Assembly (NCBI GenBank): GCA_964372495.1
Contig: CAYJQU010000002.1
Location: 25,040 to 89,039, forward strand
Reading direction: 5' to 3'
Length of the DNA: 64,000 nucleotides
DNA from: an uncultured Gammaproteobacteria bacterium
GTDB lineage: Bacteria; Patescibacteriota; Microgenomatia; JAUYPR01
Below, one piece after another: positions 37,513-48,933 of the stretch. The first letter of the stretch is position 1, and each line of letters opens with the position of its first letter. Under the pieces are notes generated by a model. That model was not told the DNA's origin and did no database searches. It worked only from the letters and a program-made list of their open reading frames with translations. The translations under genes and the position numbers were made by a program.

Positions 37513-39027
37513 TCACGAGGCCTTCGCCTCGGTTCGAAACTCCCGAATACCAATCACTTTGATAGCACCGGGGTATTTCAGCTCTTTCTCTATTTTTTCT
37601 GCAATCTTTTCCACTAACACGGTCATCGTTGCATCATCGGTTTCTTTCGGCTTGAAAAGCACTCGCACTTCTCTTCCCGCCTTAATGGCAAATGCTTTTT
37701 CTACCTCCTTAAACGAGGTGGCGATAGACTCGAGATCAGATAAGCGTTTGATGTACTCCTCAACTGGCTCATGACGCGCACCGGGCCGTGACCCAGATAT
37801 CGCGTCAGCAATATACACGAGCCGGGACTCAAGCGTGCTAAAGGGCACGTCTTCGTGATGCTCAGCAACACAGGCAACGACCGACTGGGGAAACTTGTGG
37901 CGCTTCAGGAGTGCCACGCCCTTCTCTACGTGGGTACCTTCATCATCTGTGAGAATCTTTCCAATATCATGCAGCAAACAGCCGAGCCGCACTACGTTAA
38001 CATCCGCACCCGCCTCTTGAGCCAGCGCCACACCGATCTTTGTTTCTTCAAGCGTGTGCACAATCATATTTTGGCCGTAGGAAAAGCGATATTTAAATCT
38101 GCCTAAGAGATCCACAATCTCACCCGGCAGGTTATAGACGCCAAGGCCGTGACAGAGTCGCTCTCCTTCTTCATGCATAATTTTTTCCACTTCTGATTTG
38201 GTTTTGGCTACTAACTCTTCTATGCGCGTCGGCTGGATGCGACCGTCTACTATCAGTTTCTCAAGCGATCGCTTGGCTATCTCTCGCCGCACCGAGTCAA
38301 AAGAAGACAAACGGATCTCGCCTGGAGTATCATCAATGTCCACATCAACGCCGGTAGCCATTTCAAACGCCCGAATGTTGCGGCCCTCACGACCAATAAT
38401 GCGGCCCTTGATCTCATCGTCGGCAAGCCTTACGGTCGTTGTTGTATATTCGGGCACATAGTCGGTCGCGCCATGGTACATCGCCTCAATCAAGATCTCT
38501 CGCGCGCGCCTGTCGGCAGTCGCTTTTGCCTCTTCTTCTGCCTGTCGGATCCTCTTGGCCATCTCATCGTTCAGCCGCTGCTCAACCGCCTCCAAAATGA
38601 CGGTCCGAGCCTCCTCCCGAGTCAATGAGGCAGCACCTTCTAGCTTTGTCACATACGTCGTTTTAAGTGTCTCAAGCTCGCTGCGTTTCCCTCCTACTTC
38701 TTCCTGCTCTCGTACCAAAGCCTGCTCTTTTGCCGCCAGCACGGCTAGCTTTTGATCGATGGTTTCTTCTTTCTGCTGGAGTCGCTGCTCAAGCTGGAGT
38801 ACTTCCTGGCGCACTCGCCGAGCCTCTTCCTCCGCTTGATGTTTGATCTTAAGCGCTTCGTCCTTTGCCTCGAGAATAATCTCGCGTGCTTGGGTCGACC
38901 CAGGTCTTGCACCTTGTGGCCGTTGCTGCGAGTACGGAGAACGCTGAATGTGCGTCTCTTGAGGACGAGAAGTACCAGAACGACCGGTTATGACCCCGGA
39001 GATCCCGGCAAATAATTTCTTAAACAT
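37513..39027 (-). CDS. rny: Ribonuclease Y
   Basis: N-terminal membrane/coiled-coil region, KH domain (GRIIGREGRNIRAFE) and HD domain (LLHDIGK). Confidence 0.9.
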   Translation of the reverse strand: MFKKLFAGISGVITGRSGTSRPQETHIQRSPYSQQRPQGARPGSTQAREIILEAKDEALKIKHQAEEEARRVRQEVLQLEQRLQQKEETIDQKLAVLAAKEQALVREQEEVGGKRSELETLKTTYVTKLEGAASLTREEARTVILEAVEQRLNDEMAKRIRQAEEEAKATADRRAREILIEAMYHGATDYVPEYTTTTVRLADDEIKGRIIGREGRNIRAFEMATGVDVDIDDTPGEIRLSSFDSVRREIAKRSLEKLIVDGRIQPTRIEELVAKTKSEVEKIMHEEGERLCHGLGVYNLPGEIVDLLGRFKYRFSYGQNMIVHTLEETKIGVALAQEAGADVNVVRLGCLLHDIGKILTDDEGTHVEKGVALLKRHKFPQSVVACVAEHHEDVPFSTLESRLVYIADAISGSRPGARHEPVEEYIKRLSDLESIATSFKEVEKAFAIKAGREVRVLFKPKETDDATMTVLVEKIAEKIEKELKYPGAIKVIGIREFRTEAKAS

Positions 39028-39054
39028 AACATATAGCCTCCTGGCGGCATGAGG

Positions 39055-39528
39055 CTATTGTACTGTTTTACGCCTCGCTCTGTCAATCACAGTCCGAATA
39101 ACCTCCCAGGAGAAACCGCGGCGCGCCAGGTATGCGGCAGCGCGTTGCTGTTCCTGAGGGGTTTCCAGAGACGCATCTGGTCGTTTTTCAAGCGCGGCGC
39201 CGGCAAGTTCCAGCTGACGGGCAGCATCGTGTGGTAACTCACCCATAACCTCCTCAACAATATCCCGAGAGACCCCTTTTGCCAAAAGCTCTGCCCGGAG
39301 TAGTTTCGGCCCACGCGGCGCACGCCGCAATCTACTTGTTACAAGCCAGCGTGCGAAAGCACGATCGTCAATAAAGTGGCGCGTTGTAAGTGCTGCCAGC
39401 ACTTCTTCAATACGGTGCCCGGCCGTCTCTTTTCCCACACTTTTTTTGAGGTACTGTCGTACCTCTGCACGAGAGCGTGGACGGATCGCAAGCCACCGGA
39501 GCACTTTTTCAAATAACACTTGCTTCAA
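39055..39528 (-). CDS. recX: RecA regulator RecX
   Basis: Position immediately downstream of recA and RecX-like three-helix repeats. Confidence 0.7.
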   Translation of the reverse strand: MKQVLFEKVLRWLAIRPRSRAEVRQYLKKSVGKETAGHRIEEVLAALTTRHFIDDRAFARWLVTSRLRRAPRGPKLLRAELLAKGVSRDIVEEVMGELPHDAARQLELAGAALEKRPDASLETPQEQQRAAAYLARRGFSWEVIRTVIDRARRKTVQ

Positions 39529-39529
39529 T

Positions 39530-40600
39530 TTAGGCTTCAGGGAGTTCTGGTTCGGCCGCCGCCTCGGGCACTTCTCCTACCACCAAGTCATCGATGCCTT
39601 GTCTGGAGCGCGATCTAATTTCTTCCTCAATCTTTTTGGCAAGTTTTACATCGGTAATAAGCGTGTCTTTGGCCGCCTCACGCCCCTGCCCAAGCATCGT
39701 CTCTCCATACCGAAAGAAAGCGCCGGATTTGGTAAGCACCGCAAGCTCAAGTCCCAAGTCCAAAAGCCCCCCTGCATGCGAGATTCCTCGTGAATCCATA
39801 TCGAACTCGGCCATGCGAAATGGCGGGGCTACTTTATTCTTCACTACACGCGCCCGATGACGACTGCCGATCACCTGGTCCCCGGGTCCTCCTTTAATAT
39901 TTTCGATCTTGCGAATATCCAGCCGAATGCTACTGTAAAACTTCAGTGCCAACCCGCCGGTGGTTGTCTCGGGATTCCCAAACATCACACCTATCTTTTG
40001 ACGCAGTTGGTTGGTAAAGATACACACGGTCTTGGTTTGCGCAATTGCACCGGTCAACTTCCGCAGTGCCTGGGACATCAGTCTTGCCTGCACTCCTATA
40101 ATGGAGTCGCCCATCTCACCTTCTATCTCGGCGCGCGGCACAAGCGCTGCCACTGAGTCGATCGCGATTACGTCGATGCCTCCTGAGCGAATAAGGGTGT
40201 CGGCAATCTCGAGTGCCTGCTCGCCGGTATCAGGTTGTGAGATGAGCAGTTCATCAAGATTGACGCCAATTGCTTGTGCCCGCACCGGGTCCAGCGCGTG
40301 CTCGGCATCAATAAAGGCAGCAACGCCCCCACGCTTCTGCGCTTCAGCAATAATATGGAGGACGACGGTCGTTTTTCCTGAAGCTTCTGGTCCAAAGACC
40401 TCAGTGACCCGACCTCGCGGCACGCCGCCAACACCCAGCGCAAGATCAAGCGCGATCGAACCGGTAGGAATCACATCAATCGCCAAACGGTCAGCGTGCT
40501 CGCCCAATTTCATGATTGCGCCTTTGCCGTACTGCTTCTCGATCTGCTGCATAGCGGCCTGTACCGCTTGGAGTTTGGCTGCGTTATTATTGTTTGCCAT
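39530..40600 (-). CDS. recA: Recombinase RecA
   Basis: GPEASGKTT Walker A and a canonical RecA core. Confidence 0.95.
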   Translation of the reverse strand: MANNNNAAKLQAVQAAMQQIEKQYGKGAIMKLGEHADRLAIDVIPTGSIALDLALGVGGVPRGRVTEVFGPEASGKTTVVLHIIAEAQKRGGVAAFIDAEHALDPVRAQAIGVNLDELLISQPDTGEQALEIADTLIRSGGIDVIAIDSVAALVPRAEIEGEMGDSIIGVQARLMSQALRKLTGAIAQTKTVCIFTNQLRQKIGVMFGNPETTTGGLALKFYSSIRLDIRKIENIKGGPGDQVIGSRHRARVVKNKVAPPFRMAEFDMDSRGISHAGGLLDLGLELAVLTKSGAFFRYGETMLGQGREAAKDTLITDVKLAKKIEEEIRSRSRQGIDDLVVGEVPEAAAEPELPEA

Positions 40601-40707
40601 GTCCCTCTCCTTTTACCACAAAGGTACTTGCATGTCAGTAGATTTGGATTATATTTGGAAACCATAGTCAGTATACTGCAACTATGCTAAAATGTCACTA
40701 TACGTCG

Positions 40708-40781
40708 CGGGAAGTAGCTCAGATAGGCAGAGCACTCGCATGGGGTGCGAGAGGTCGCTGGGGCGGAACCAGTCTTCCCGA
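40708..40781 (+). tRNA. tRNA-like gene, anticodon GGG (Pro), with non-canonical T-loop GGCGGAA
   Basis: Manual fold gives an acceptor CGGGAAG/CUUCCCG, D-stem GCUC/GAGC with G18G19, anticodon stem CUCGC/GCGAG with loop AUGGGGU, and T-stem GCUGG/CCAGU. The T-loop lacks the T54-Psi55-C56/A58 consensus. Confidence 0.45.
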
Positions 40782-40889
40782 CTTGGAGGTCGCTGCATAC
40801 TACTCACTACTGCTGAAAGGCCAGGCCTTTAAATGGTCACCAACTCTTGATTTACAAAAAGTGCTTGAGACAGTAGAATAACCGGTTAT

Positions 40890-41327
40890 ATGTCAGCAGG
40901 TACGATATGGGGTAGTCTCGGTGGGTCTCCTGAGAGAAGTGTCCCCGGGGCCAGGACAAGTCACACCTCGTTTCCTCGGCTGGAACCAGATATCAACTGG
41001 CATTTAGACAGAAGAGACCTCTACCGCCGAAATCTAGTGACCTGTATTTTACGCGACGCTTGGGGTTTGAGGTGCGCTCTAGCTGAATCCAACCCCACGG
41101 CCGCTACCTTTCATATAGACGGCCTCATAGTCTATGAAAAACTGGCGCGGGAAGCACTGGTGAGCTATGACTTACTTAACCTTGTGTACGTTGACCCACG
41201 GCTTGTAAAACAATTAATGCGGCTGCGCCGCGCACAGCTTACAAAACTTGCGAAGCAAAGAGGTATTCCCGTGGAGGTTCCTATAAGCAAGCAGATCCTG
41301 CAATTCTGGAAACAGGAGCGACAGTAA
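40890..41327 (+). CDS. Hypothetical protein (145 aa)
   Basis: ORF only. No motif recognised. Confidence 0.3.
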   Translation: MSAGTIWGSLGGSPERSVPGARTSHTSFPRLEPDINWHLDRRDLYRRNLVTCILRDAWGLRCALAESNPTAATFHIDGLIVYEKLAREALVSYDLLNLVYVDPRLVKQLMRLRRAQLTKLAKQRGIPVEVPISKQILQFWKQERQ

Positions 41328-41348
41328 ATCCTGCTATTTCTACCGAAA

Positions 41349-41756
41349 CTAGCGTTTTGGTGATTGTTTCTTCTTGCGCGCTTTTCCAGCAAGTCCGTAT
41401 TTGCGCCGCTCTTTGGCGCGGGGATCGCGGGTGAGAAGTCCTGCCTTGCGCAGTTTGACTCGATAATCGTCGCCGATTGCGGCAATCGCGCGCGAAAGGC
41501 CGTGTATCACCGCAGCGAGCTGGCCAGCCTTCCCTGAACCCTCCACTTTGACTGTCGCAGAAAGGGTACCGAGTGTTCCGGTAACCTCAAAGGGTTTGCG
41601 ATATGCCACCTGGGCCACTGGCCCAGTAAAATACTGTGAGATCGGCTTCTGGTTTACGGTAAGCGCGCCTTCACCGTTAAACACACGCGCGCGCGCCACC
41701 GCTGTCTTGCGCCTCCCCACCGCCCGGAATAGTGTTATCTCCTTTTGCACTGCCAT
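41349..41756 (-). CDS. rpsI: 30S ribosomal protein S9
   Basis: GRRKTAVARARV...C-terminal KR S9 signature. Confidence 0.9.
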   Translation of the reverse strand: MAVQKEITLFRAVGRRKTAVARARVFNGEGALTVNQKPISQYFTGPVAQVAYRKPFEVTGTLGTLSATVKVEGSGKAGQLAAVIHGLSRAIAAIGDDYRVKLRKAGLLTRDPRAKERRKYGLAGKARKKKQSPKR

Positions 41757-41757
41757 A

Positions 41758-42219
41758 CTATACGTTCTCCGCATCCCCATCAGGTGCTACTTTTGCCAAC
41801 GGTTTTACATTCGTGTGCGGATGCTCTGTTCCTTTGTACACATGCAGTTTCTTTATCAATCGCTCCCCAAGGCGATTATGGGGAAGCATGCCCCGCACTG
41901 CATGATACACCACTCTCTCGGGCTTCTCCGCTAACAGCTTTGCATAGGGTATTTCAGCAAGTCCACCCGGGTACCCCGAGTGACGATAATACTTCTTCTG
42001 TATCATCTTTTTACCGGTTACTCGTACCTTGGCGGCATTGAGCACCACTACAAAGTCCCCAGAGTCAAGGTACGGAACAAACGTTGGCTTGTGCTTACCT
42101 AACAGGAGGGTGGCAATACGCGTTGATAACCGACCGAGTACCTGGCCTTCCGCGTCAATCACATGCCATTGTTTTGGCAGTTCATGCATCTTTGGTTGCT
42201 TATCCGCTTGTTTTTTCAT
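41758..42219 (-). CDS. rplM: 50S ribosomal protein L13
   Basis: [29 protein letters not shown]13 signature. Confidence 0.9.
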   Translation of the reverse strand: MKKQADKQPKMHELPKQWHVIDAEGQVLGRLSTRIATLLLGKHKPTFVPYLDSGDFVVVLNAAKVRVTGKKMIQKKYYRHSGYPGGLAEIPYAKLLAEKPERVVYHAVRGMLPHNRLGERLIKKLHVYKGTEHPHTNVKPLAKVAPDGDAENV

Positions 42220-42739
42220 CTTCCTTCGCTTTTGCTTTTACTCTATGCGTTCTTGTTTTTCGCACCGGCTTAGTCCCTGTTTCAGCTTTCTCCTCTTTCG
42301 GCTCACCACTCTTACGTTCTGCCTTTTGTTTGCCCTTCCGAAGCGCAGCGGAGGGAGAACTTTTAACTTCTTCCGGGTATACGTCCTTATCCACCATTTC
42401 CATAAGCACTATCGGAGCGCGGTCACCCCGACGCGTGCCGAGGCGATAGCTTCGCGAAAAGCCGCTGACGCGATCTTGATACCGCGGGACCATCACTTCA
42501 AATAGCTTGCGAACGGCTTGACCACCGGGAAGCCACGCAGCGGTCTTGCGTCGAGTCGCGAGATTCGAATCCTTTGCATCACGAATAACTCGGTCCACCA
42601 GTCCCCGCACCGCTTTGGCCCGTGCCTGCGTTGTTTCTATGCGCTCGTGTACAATAAGCGCACCAACCAAGTTGCGAAACAACGCGTTTCGCTCGTTTAC
42701 TCGTCGGTTCAACTTCTTCCCAGAAACCCCATGTCTCAC
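42200..42739 (-). CDS. rplQ: 50S ribosomal protein L17 (with Lys/Glu-rich C-terminal extension)
   Basis: [12 protein letters not shown]...LFRNLV L17 N-terminus. Confidence 0.9.
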   Translation of the reverse strand: MRHGVSGKKLNRRVNERNALFRNLVGALIVHERIETTQARAKAVRGLVDRVIRDAKDSNLATRRKTAAWLPGGQAVRKLFEVMVPRYQDRVSGFSRSYRLGTRRGDRAPIVLMEMVDKDVYPEEVKSSPSAALRKGKQKAERKSGEPKEEKAETGTKPVRKTRTHRVKAKAKEDEKTSG

Positions 42740-43662
42740 TACAACTGCTCCTTAAACGCTGCTCCCTTTACATGCAGCTCTTTTTCAATAAGCTCAACCG
42801 ACTTGCCACCCAAGTTGCGCACCTGCATTAACTCTTTCCGGGTAAGAGCTGCCAGCATTCCTATCGTCTCCAAGCCGTGTGCTTTCAAGCTATTAATTAC
42901 GCGCACCGGCAAATCAAGTTCATCAATCGGACGATCAAGATTCCCTGATTCGGTCGCTGGTTGCCGAGTTTCTCCTGGAGTCACCGCCGCTTGCTCGCCC
43001 AATAGCACCTGAAAGTGCTCCACCAGAATGGTCGCTGCTTGCTTGAGGGCCGCAAGCGGTTCGATCGTCCCGTCGGTATAAATCTCAAGCGTGAGTTTAT
43101 CAAAGTTGGTAATTCTCCCCACCCGAGTCGTATCTATCGCATAGTGAACCCTGATGACTGGATTGAACAGCGCGTCAATCGGGATTACTCCGACTTCGCT
43201 TTCCTGTCGCTCTTCTGCAGGAGAATAACCTGTTCCTGCCGCCGCAGTCATCTCAACCTCCAGCTTTCCCCCCTTGTCGAGCGTAGCCAACGGTAGATCC
43301 TTGTTGATAACTGCCGCCTCTGTTGACGTTTTTATATCGCCGGCGGTTACGTTACCAGGACCCCGAGCAGAGAGAGAAAGCTTTGCCGTCTCTTTCCCTG
43401 TAAGCTGCAATCGCACTTTTTTCAGACTCAGAACAAACTCTACGATATCCTCGGTCATTCCTTCAAGCGTCGTGTACTGGTGGGTCACTCCTGCAATTTT
43501 GACACTGGTAATTGCTGCTCCAGGTAGACTTGCAAGCAGCACACGCCGCAGGCTATTCCCCAACGTATGACCGTAGCCCTGCTCAAGCGGCTCAATCACA
43601 AAACGACCGTAGTCGCTGCCTCCCTTTTGAGTAACGATATGCACACGAGAAAGATCAATCAT
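42739..43662 (-). CDS. rpoA: DNA-directed RNA polymerase subunit alpha
   Basis: [22 protein letters not shown] N-terminal-domain signature and a C-terminal-domain HhH. Confidence 0.9.
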   Translation of the reverse strand: [307 protein letters not shown]

Positions 43663-43687
43663 AAAATATCTTTTCCTTTCTATACAT

Positions 43688-44296
43688 TCACCGAGAATAA
43701 TACTCGACGATGAGTTGCTCCTGTATTGCACTTTCCATTTCCTCACGCTTGGGCAAGTGCGTTAACCTGCCAACGAGCGCCTTACGCTCCAGAAAATCAG
43801 CAAGTGACTGCGGCGTTCGCTCATCCAGCGCCTCTTTAACCGCCGGCACCTTGGCAAGATCTGGATCCAATTGTACTGTCTGGCTCACCTTTACCGAGTA
43901 AGAGGGAATGGTAACTCGTTTGCCGTCCACCAACACATGCCCGTGAGACACCAGTTGTCTCGCCATAGGCCGGGACTTGGCAAATCCCAGTCGATACACG
44001 ACGTTATCAAGACGAGTCTCCAGCATTTGCAAAAGCGCAACGCCTGTTTCGCCCCGCTTGCGCATGGCCATATCCATATAGCGGCGAAACTGACGTTCCA
44101 GCACCCCATACATCCGCTTTACCTTTTGCTTCTCACGCAGTTGTCGGCCAAAACTGGAAGGTTTCCGCCGAGTACCCCGCGGTCCATGCTGTCCTGGCAC
44201 TGATTGGCGCTTGATCTGGGGACAATCTGCGCGGCCGCACAGCGGCATCCCTTCGCGCCGACACAACCTATGTTTCGGTCCAGTATAGCGTGCCAC
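43688..44296 (-). CDS. rpsD: 30S ribosomal protein S4
   Basis: MARYTGPKHRLCRREG S4 N-terminus. Confidence 0.9.
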   Translation of the reverse strand: MARYTGPKHRLCRREGMPLCGRADCPQIKRQSVPGQHGPRGTRRKPSSFGRQLREKQKVKRMYGVLERQFRRYMDMAMRKRGETGVALLQMLETRLDNVVYRLGFAKSRPMARQLVSHGHVLVDGKRVTIPSYSVKVSQTVQLDPDLAKVPAVKEALDERTPQSLADFLERKALVGRLTHLPKREEMESAIQEQLIVEYYSR

Positions 44297-44688
44297 TACA
44301 CTCGTCTCCGTTTCCGGGGGCGGGTCCCGTTGTGTGGAATCGGGGTAACGTCAGCAATCATATTGATAGTAATCCCTGCTGACTTGAGTGCCCGTATAGC
44401 ACTGTCCCTGCCAGCCCCAGGACCCTTAATATAGATCTCAACTTCCTTCAAACCCTGAGCGACTGCTTTGCGGGCTACTTGCTCAACGGTCGTGGTGGCT
44501 GCAAAGGGAGTTGATTTTCGCGCGCCCTTAAATCCGGACGTCCCAGCGCTCCCCCAACACAGCGTATTGCCTTTCATATCCGTAATCGTGACGAGCGTGT
44601 TGTTAAACGACGCGGTAACGTACACCTTCCCGCTCACCACGGGAGCTTTTGGTGCCTTCTTTGCTTTTTTCTGAGTAGCTGTTGCCAT
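44296..44688 (-). CDS. rpsK: 30S ribosomal protein S11
   Basis: S11 core [19 protein letters not shown]. Confidence 0.9.
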   Translation of the reverse strand: MATATQKKAKKAPKAPVVSGKVYVTASFNNTLVTITDMKGNTLCWGSAGTSGFKGARKSTPFAATTTVEQVARKAVAQGLKEVEIYIKGPGAGRDSAIRALKSAGITINMIADVTPIPHNGTRPRKRRRV

Positions 44689-44692
44689 AGCG

Positions 44693-45199
44693 TTACTTCT
44701 TTGCCGGCATCGTAGTCGGCTTTGCGGTGGCGGGCGAGGCTGACGGCGAAGCGGGCTCGCCTCGCCGAGCAGGCGAAGCGGGCACTTGCCGGCCAGGCTG
44801 TACCTTTGCGGCTCCTCCCATTCGGGCTACTATTTCCTTCCGCACGGTGCCGATCGTCACTCGCTTACCACGTTTCGTGCGGGCATTACTGCGCGTGCGT
44901 TGACCGCGGGATGGCAAATTGCGCCGATGCCGAAGCCCCCGATAGGTGCCAATTTCTTCCAGTCGCTTTATATTCTGCAGTACAAACCGACGCAGGTCTC
45001 CTTCAACCGGTACTGTCTCAACCGCTTTTTGCAATCTGGTAATTTGGTCTTCAACAAGATCCTTTACGCGTGTTGCCGGCTCTACCTTGGCAACTGAAAG
45101 CAGTTTCTGCACGTTTGAACGCCCCACCCCATATAAATAGGTCAGAGCTATATCGATTCGTTTCTGTTGTGGCAGCTCAACTCCTGCAATTCGTGCCAT
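44693..45199 (-). CDS. rpsM: 30S ribosomal protein S13 (with Arg/Pro-rich C-terminal extension)
   Basis: [26 protein letters not shown] matches S13. Confidence 0.9.
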   Translation of the reverse strand: MARIAGVELPQQKRIDIALTYLYGVGRSNVQKLLSVAKVEPATRVKDLVEDQITRLQKAVETVPVEGDLRRFVLQNIKRLEEIGTYRGLRHRRNLPSRGQRTRSNARTKRGKRVTIGTVRKEIVARMGGAAKVQPGRQVPASPARRGEPASPSASPATAKPTTMPAKK

Positions 45200-45257
45200 A
45201 GCTCGTTACACTCGCTACAAGTCCATTTACGACAACCTGTGCTTGTTTCCTCCTTAG

Positions 45258-45371
45258 TTACCCCTGCCGTTGCTTATGGCGCACATTCTCACAAATCACC
45301 CGTACAACCCCGTGACGGCGCACGATTTTACACTTTATACACCTTTTTTTGACACTTGCTTGTACTTTCAT
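45258..45371 (-). CDS. rpmJ: 50S ribosomal protein L36
   Basis: Not in the ORF track because it is under 60 aa. Manual translation gives [37 protein letters not shown], a Zn-ribbon L36. Confidence 0.85.
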   Translation of the reverse strand: MKVQASVKKRCIKCKIVRRHGVVRVICENVRHKQRQG

Positions 45372-45395
45372 GATTGACTACACGCACAAGGAGCG

Positions 45396-45623
45396 CTACC
45401 GAGATCTATAGGTAATCCTTCCTTTCGTAATATCATATCGCGGGTCCATCGCAGCCCTCACCTTATCACCGGGGAGTATACGAATATAGTGCAAACGCAT
45501 CTTCCCAGAGACATGGCAGAGAATAATACGCCCAATCAGCTCCTCAACCGGTGCCTCGGTAATTTCCACTCGAAAGAGCGTATTGGGTAATGCTTCGATA
45601 ACTTTCCCTTCTACTTCAATCAT
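45396..45623 (-). CDS. infA: Translation initiation factor IF-1
   Basis: S1-like OB fold with IF-1 sequence ([15 protein letters not shown]...ILPGDKV). Confidence 0.9.
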   Translation of the reverse strand: MIEVEGKVIEALPNTLFRVEITEAPVEELIGRIILCHVSGKMRLHYIRILPGDKVRAAMDPRYDITKGRITYRSR

Positions 45624-45689
45624 GTGCTCTAAAAGTGCGCAAAAGAAGGCTCGAGTGTACCTCGAGCCACAAGCTCTCTTCGTAACACC

Positions 45690-46481
45690 CTAAGCTTCTG
45701 GTACAAGTGTATCAGAAACACTCCCGAGTGTCAAAATCTGGGGGCCGTTTTTGGTAATGGCAACGCTATGCTCAAACAGACCCGCCATACTGCCGTCAGC
45801 CGTAACCACGGTCCAATTATCATACAGAATGCGAACTGTGGGGCTTCCCATCGTATAAATAACCTCAATAGCAATCGTCATGCCTTCTGCAAGTAGAGGA
45901 CCGCTCTCGGGTTTTCCCAATCCTGGCACCGAAGGGTCTTCATGCAATTTTCTGCCCACTCCATGCCCAATAAACTCCCGCACGACGGCGTACCCCGCTT
46001 CTTGAACAACGACCTGGATCGCATGACTGATATCGCCTATGGTGTTTCCAATGGTCGCCTGCTTGATGGCATTCTGTAGAGCGCGCTCGCCCACGGACAA
46101 AAACCGTACACGTTCGGTATCCTGCTTTCCGGACCCTTCTTCAGAAACCAGGATGGTCCATGCAGCATCAGTATGGAACCCTTCATGGTACACGCCGATA
46201 TCAATCCCGAGTAGATCATCACGCTGCAACACGTAAGGCCCAGGAATACCATGCACTACTTGCTCATTGACGGTTGTGCAAATAGTATGGTGGTAGCGAG
46301 GCACCATCGGGAAGGAGGGCTTCGCGCCAGCGTTGCGGATAAGGTGCCCGGCGAGAGTATCAAGGTCTGCGGTCGTAATCCCCGGTCGCGCCTTCCTGAG
46401 CACGTGTTGCAATACGGACCCTGTTATACGACCGCCCTGCCGCATCTTGGCTATTTCGGCAGCTGTCTTAATATCAATCAT
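45690..46481 (-). CDS. map: Methionine aminopeptidase type I
   Basis: MetAP metal-ligand context (HGIP, DIGV.HEGFHTD, EVIYT..). Confidence 0.9.
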   Translation of the reverse strand: MIDIKTAAEIAKMRQGGRITGSVLQHVLRKARPGITTADLDTLAGHLIRNAGAKPSFPMVPRYHHTICTTVNEQVVHGIPGPYVLQRDDLLGIDIGVYHEGFHTDAAWTILVSEEGSGKQDTERVRFLSVGERALQNAIKQATIGNTIGDISHAIQVVVQEAGYAVVREFIGHGVGRKLHEDPSVPGLGKPESGPLLAEGMTIAIEVIYTMGSPTVRILYDNWTVVTADGSMAGLFEHSVAITKNGPQILTLGSVSDTLVPEA

Positions 46482-47076
46482 GGGAAACGGGAATCCCGAG
46501 TCGGTTGAGAAGAATATCAATATGGCGGCGGAGCGTAGTAAGATCGTTGCTGCTATTCTCAATCAGATAATTGGCCATGGCGATCGGCCCTCCTTTGTTG
46601 AGCCTTTCAAGCTCAGCGACATCACGCAGAAAACACTCTTCCAACATCAGAGGCCGAACTGGCCGTTTACTTAAACGCTCATACCGAACGCGGCGCTCAG
46701 CAAATACATGGATAAGGGTGAGATTGGGGTACGCATTTTGCAAAAATAAATACTCCTCCCACGAATAGAGTCCGTCGATCGCCACCGTGCCGCGCAAAGA
46801 AAGGTGCGTATCAACCTTTGGCTTTGCCTTCTCCGCATAGACTGCCATCCCATATTCGCGCCGAAGCCGCTCGCGCACGATTCGTTCGTTTTCCGGAGTC
46901 AACGGCAGCCCTAAGGTAGCAATCTCCTCATCAGTCAAATCCCCAAAGCGCACCGAGGGAATACCTTTTTGTCTTATATACGCTACCGTTTCTGATTTAC
47001 CCGCACCAGGCATACCAACGATTGCAAGAACTCTCTTTTCTGCTGGATATTCCTTACTCTCTTTGGATGTGGTCAT
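46474..47076 (-). CDS. P-loop nucleotide kinase-like protein (dephospho-CoA kinase/UPF0200-like)
   Basis: Walker A IVGMPGAGKSE. About 200 aa. It sits immediately after adk. Confidence 0.5.
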   Translation of the reverse strand: MTTSKESKEYPAEKRVLAIVGMPGAGKSETVAYIRQKGIPSVRFGDLTDEEIATLGLPLTPENERIVRERLRREYGMAVYAEKAKPKVDTHLSLRGTVAIDGLYSWEEYLFLQNAYPNLTLIHVFAERRVRYERLSKRPVRPLMLEECFLRDVAELERLNKGGPIAMANYLIENSSNDLTTLRRHIDILLNRLGIPVSHD

Positions 47077-47647
47077 GGGTAGCCTCCTCCTCAACCTTTT
47101 TGAGAATGTCTTGCTGAATATCTGCAACGCTGCGTTCTCCATCAATTTTCACTACAGGTATACCTTTTGACTGGTAGTAGTACAGCAACGGATTCGTACG
47201 ATCTTTGTAGAGTTCGAGCCGCCTCTTGATTGCCTCAGGTGTTTCATCCGCGCGCTTTTCCGTATTGGCCCGGTTAATCAGTCTTCGATACAACTCCTCA
47301 TCGCTTACCCGCAGCTCGATAACCAAGTCTACGCCATCATTCAACCCGAGCTCCTCGTTGAGGCTGACCGCTTGTTCTATGGTGCGCGGATAGCCATCGA
47401 GTACCAGTCCTTGGTACGGCCGTTTGCTCTTTAGCCAGCGCTGCAGAATTTCTGTCATCATATCGTCCGGAACCAAGTTTCCTGACATCCAGAACGAGGC
47501 AGCTGTAAGCCCTCCCGGGATCTTGGCTTTATACATCTCGCGCAGGATAGTACCAGTGGACACATACAGCCACCCACGCGCTGTGGCTAGAAGCTTGGCC
47601 TGGGTACTTTTTCCCGAACCTTGCGGTCCGAACATCAACATAATCAT
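47054..47647 (-). CDS. adk: Adenylate kinase (short form, no zinc lid)
   Basis: [11 protein letters not shown]-loop, NMP-binding TGTILRE and LID region RxDD. Confidence 0.9.
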   Translation of the reverse strand: MIMLMFGPQGSGKSTQAKLLATARGWLYVSTGTILREMYKAKIPGGLTAASFWMSGNLVPDDMMTEILQRWLKSKRPYQGLVLDGYPRTIEQAVSLNEELGLNDGVDLVIELRVSDEELYRRLINRANTEKRADETPEAIKRRLELYKDRTNPLLYYYQSKGIPVVKIDGERSVADIQQDILKKVEEEATHDHIQRE

Positions 47648-48933
47648 CGCTTCAAAAATCCTTCATAGCTCCGCATGATGAGCATCGCCTCAAGCTGCTT
47701 AGTCGTCTCCAGCACCACGGATACGACAATAAGTACTCCGGTGCCGCCGACCAGAATATCGCTGATGCCGGTAACGAGCTGAGCGATAGCCGGTAGTATT
47801 GCAATACTCGCTAGAAACAGTGCTCCGGCAAGCGTGATTTTGGTCAAAATGGTATTCAAGTACGCCGCGGTCGCCTGCCCTGGACGGATCCCTGGGATGA
47901 ATCCGCCGTACTTTTTGATCTCATCGGCAATCTTCACCGGATTAAAGGTCACCGCGGTGTAAAAATACGTAAAGCCGACTACCAACAGAAAGTACAGCAC
48001 GTTATACGTAACGCCGTTGGGATTAAAGAGCTGATCTATCACACGAGCCGCATTGGCCAGCACCGGCTGCGGCGCAGCCTTAAAATACTGCGCCAGCATC
48101 GATGGCAGCAATATCAAAGAAACCGCAAAAATAATCGGGATAACGCCTGCCTGATTTAGGCGCAGCGGCAAGTGTGTTGCCTGGCCTCCTACTACACGAT
48201 TACCGCGAACCCGCTTTGCATAATGAATAGGAATACGCCGCTGTGCCTCGCTCATCACTACGATTGCAGCTACCACCACGACCGTAAGGAAGAGTAGAAT
48301 AAACACTCCGGTAAGCTGCTCCTGACTAAAAGCATACAGCTTGCCCGCAGCAACGACAGGCAAACGCCCCACAATGCCGGCAAAGATCAACAGTGAAATC
48401 CCGTTCCCAATACCGTGCTCGGTGATCAGCTCTCCCATCCACATGAGTAACATCGTCCCGCCGGTCATGGTGGCAAGTATGGCAACGAGTGCTATCGGGT
48501 GAGTACTACTGATAATCTGCTGGTTGCGCAGCAGCACATACATTCCGATTGCCTGGAGTACCGCAAGGGGTACCGTAAGGACGCGGGTGTATTGATTGAT
48601 TTTCTGGCGGCCAAATTCCCCTTCTTTGGACAGTGCTTCGAGCTTGGGGAACACCATAGTCAGCAGTTGCATAATAATCGAGGCGTTGATATACGGATTG
48701 AGTCCCAAACTGATAATGGAAAAATTGATGAGTGTGCCACCTGAGAAGATATCCAACAGTCCAAGAAGCTGATTTTGCGCAAAAAGCTCCTGCAGCGCGA
48801 ACCGATTTATGCCCGTGACCGGAATGTGCGTCAGCAAACGAAAGAGGATGAGCATCCCTGCAGTAATAACGAGTTTCCTTCTCAACTCAGGGATACTCCA
48901 GGCCTGTCGAAAGGTAGCCAGGATTGCGTTCAT
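47644..48933 (-). CDS. secY: Preprotein translocase SecY
   Basis: 10 transmembrane segments, SecY sequence and its position in the spc operon. Confidence 0.9.
   Translation of the reverse strand: MNAILATFRQAWSIPELRRKLVITAGMLILFRLLTHIPVTGINRFALQELFAQNQLLGLLDIFSGGTLINFSIISLGLNPYINASIIMQLLTMVFPKLEALSKEGEFGRQKINQYTRVLTVPLAVLQAIGMYVLLRNQQIISSTHPIALVAILATMTGGTMLLMWMGELITEHGIGNGISLLIFAGIVGRLPVVAAGKLYAFSQEQLTGVFILLFLTVVVVAAIVVMSEAQRRIPIHYAKRVRGNRVVGGQATHLPLRLNQAGVIPIIFAVSLILLPSMLAQYFKAAPQPVLANAARVIDQLFNPNGVTYNVLYFLLVVGFTYFYTAVTFNPVKIADEIKKYGGFIPGIRPGQATAAYLNTILTKITLAGALFLASIAILPAIAQLVTGISDILVGGTGVLIVVSVVLETTKQLEAMLIMRSYEGFLKR

Noticed and set aside
40816-40836. Possible terminator after the tRNA-like element (AAAGG-CCAGG-CCUUU)
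   Set aside because: The stem is 5 bp and AU-rich, and it is followed by AAAUGG rather than a U-tract. That is too weak to call a terminator.
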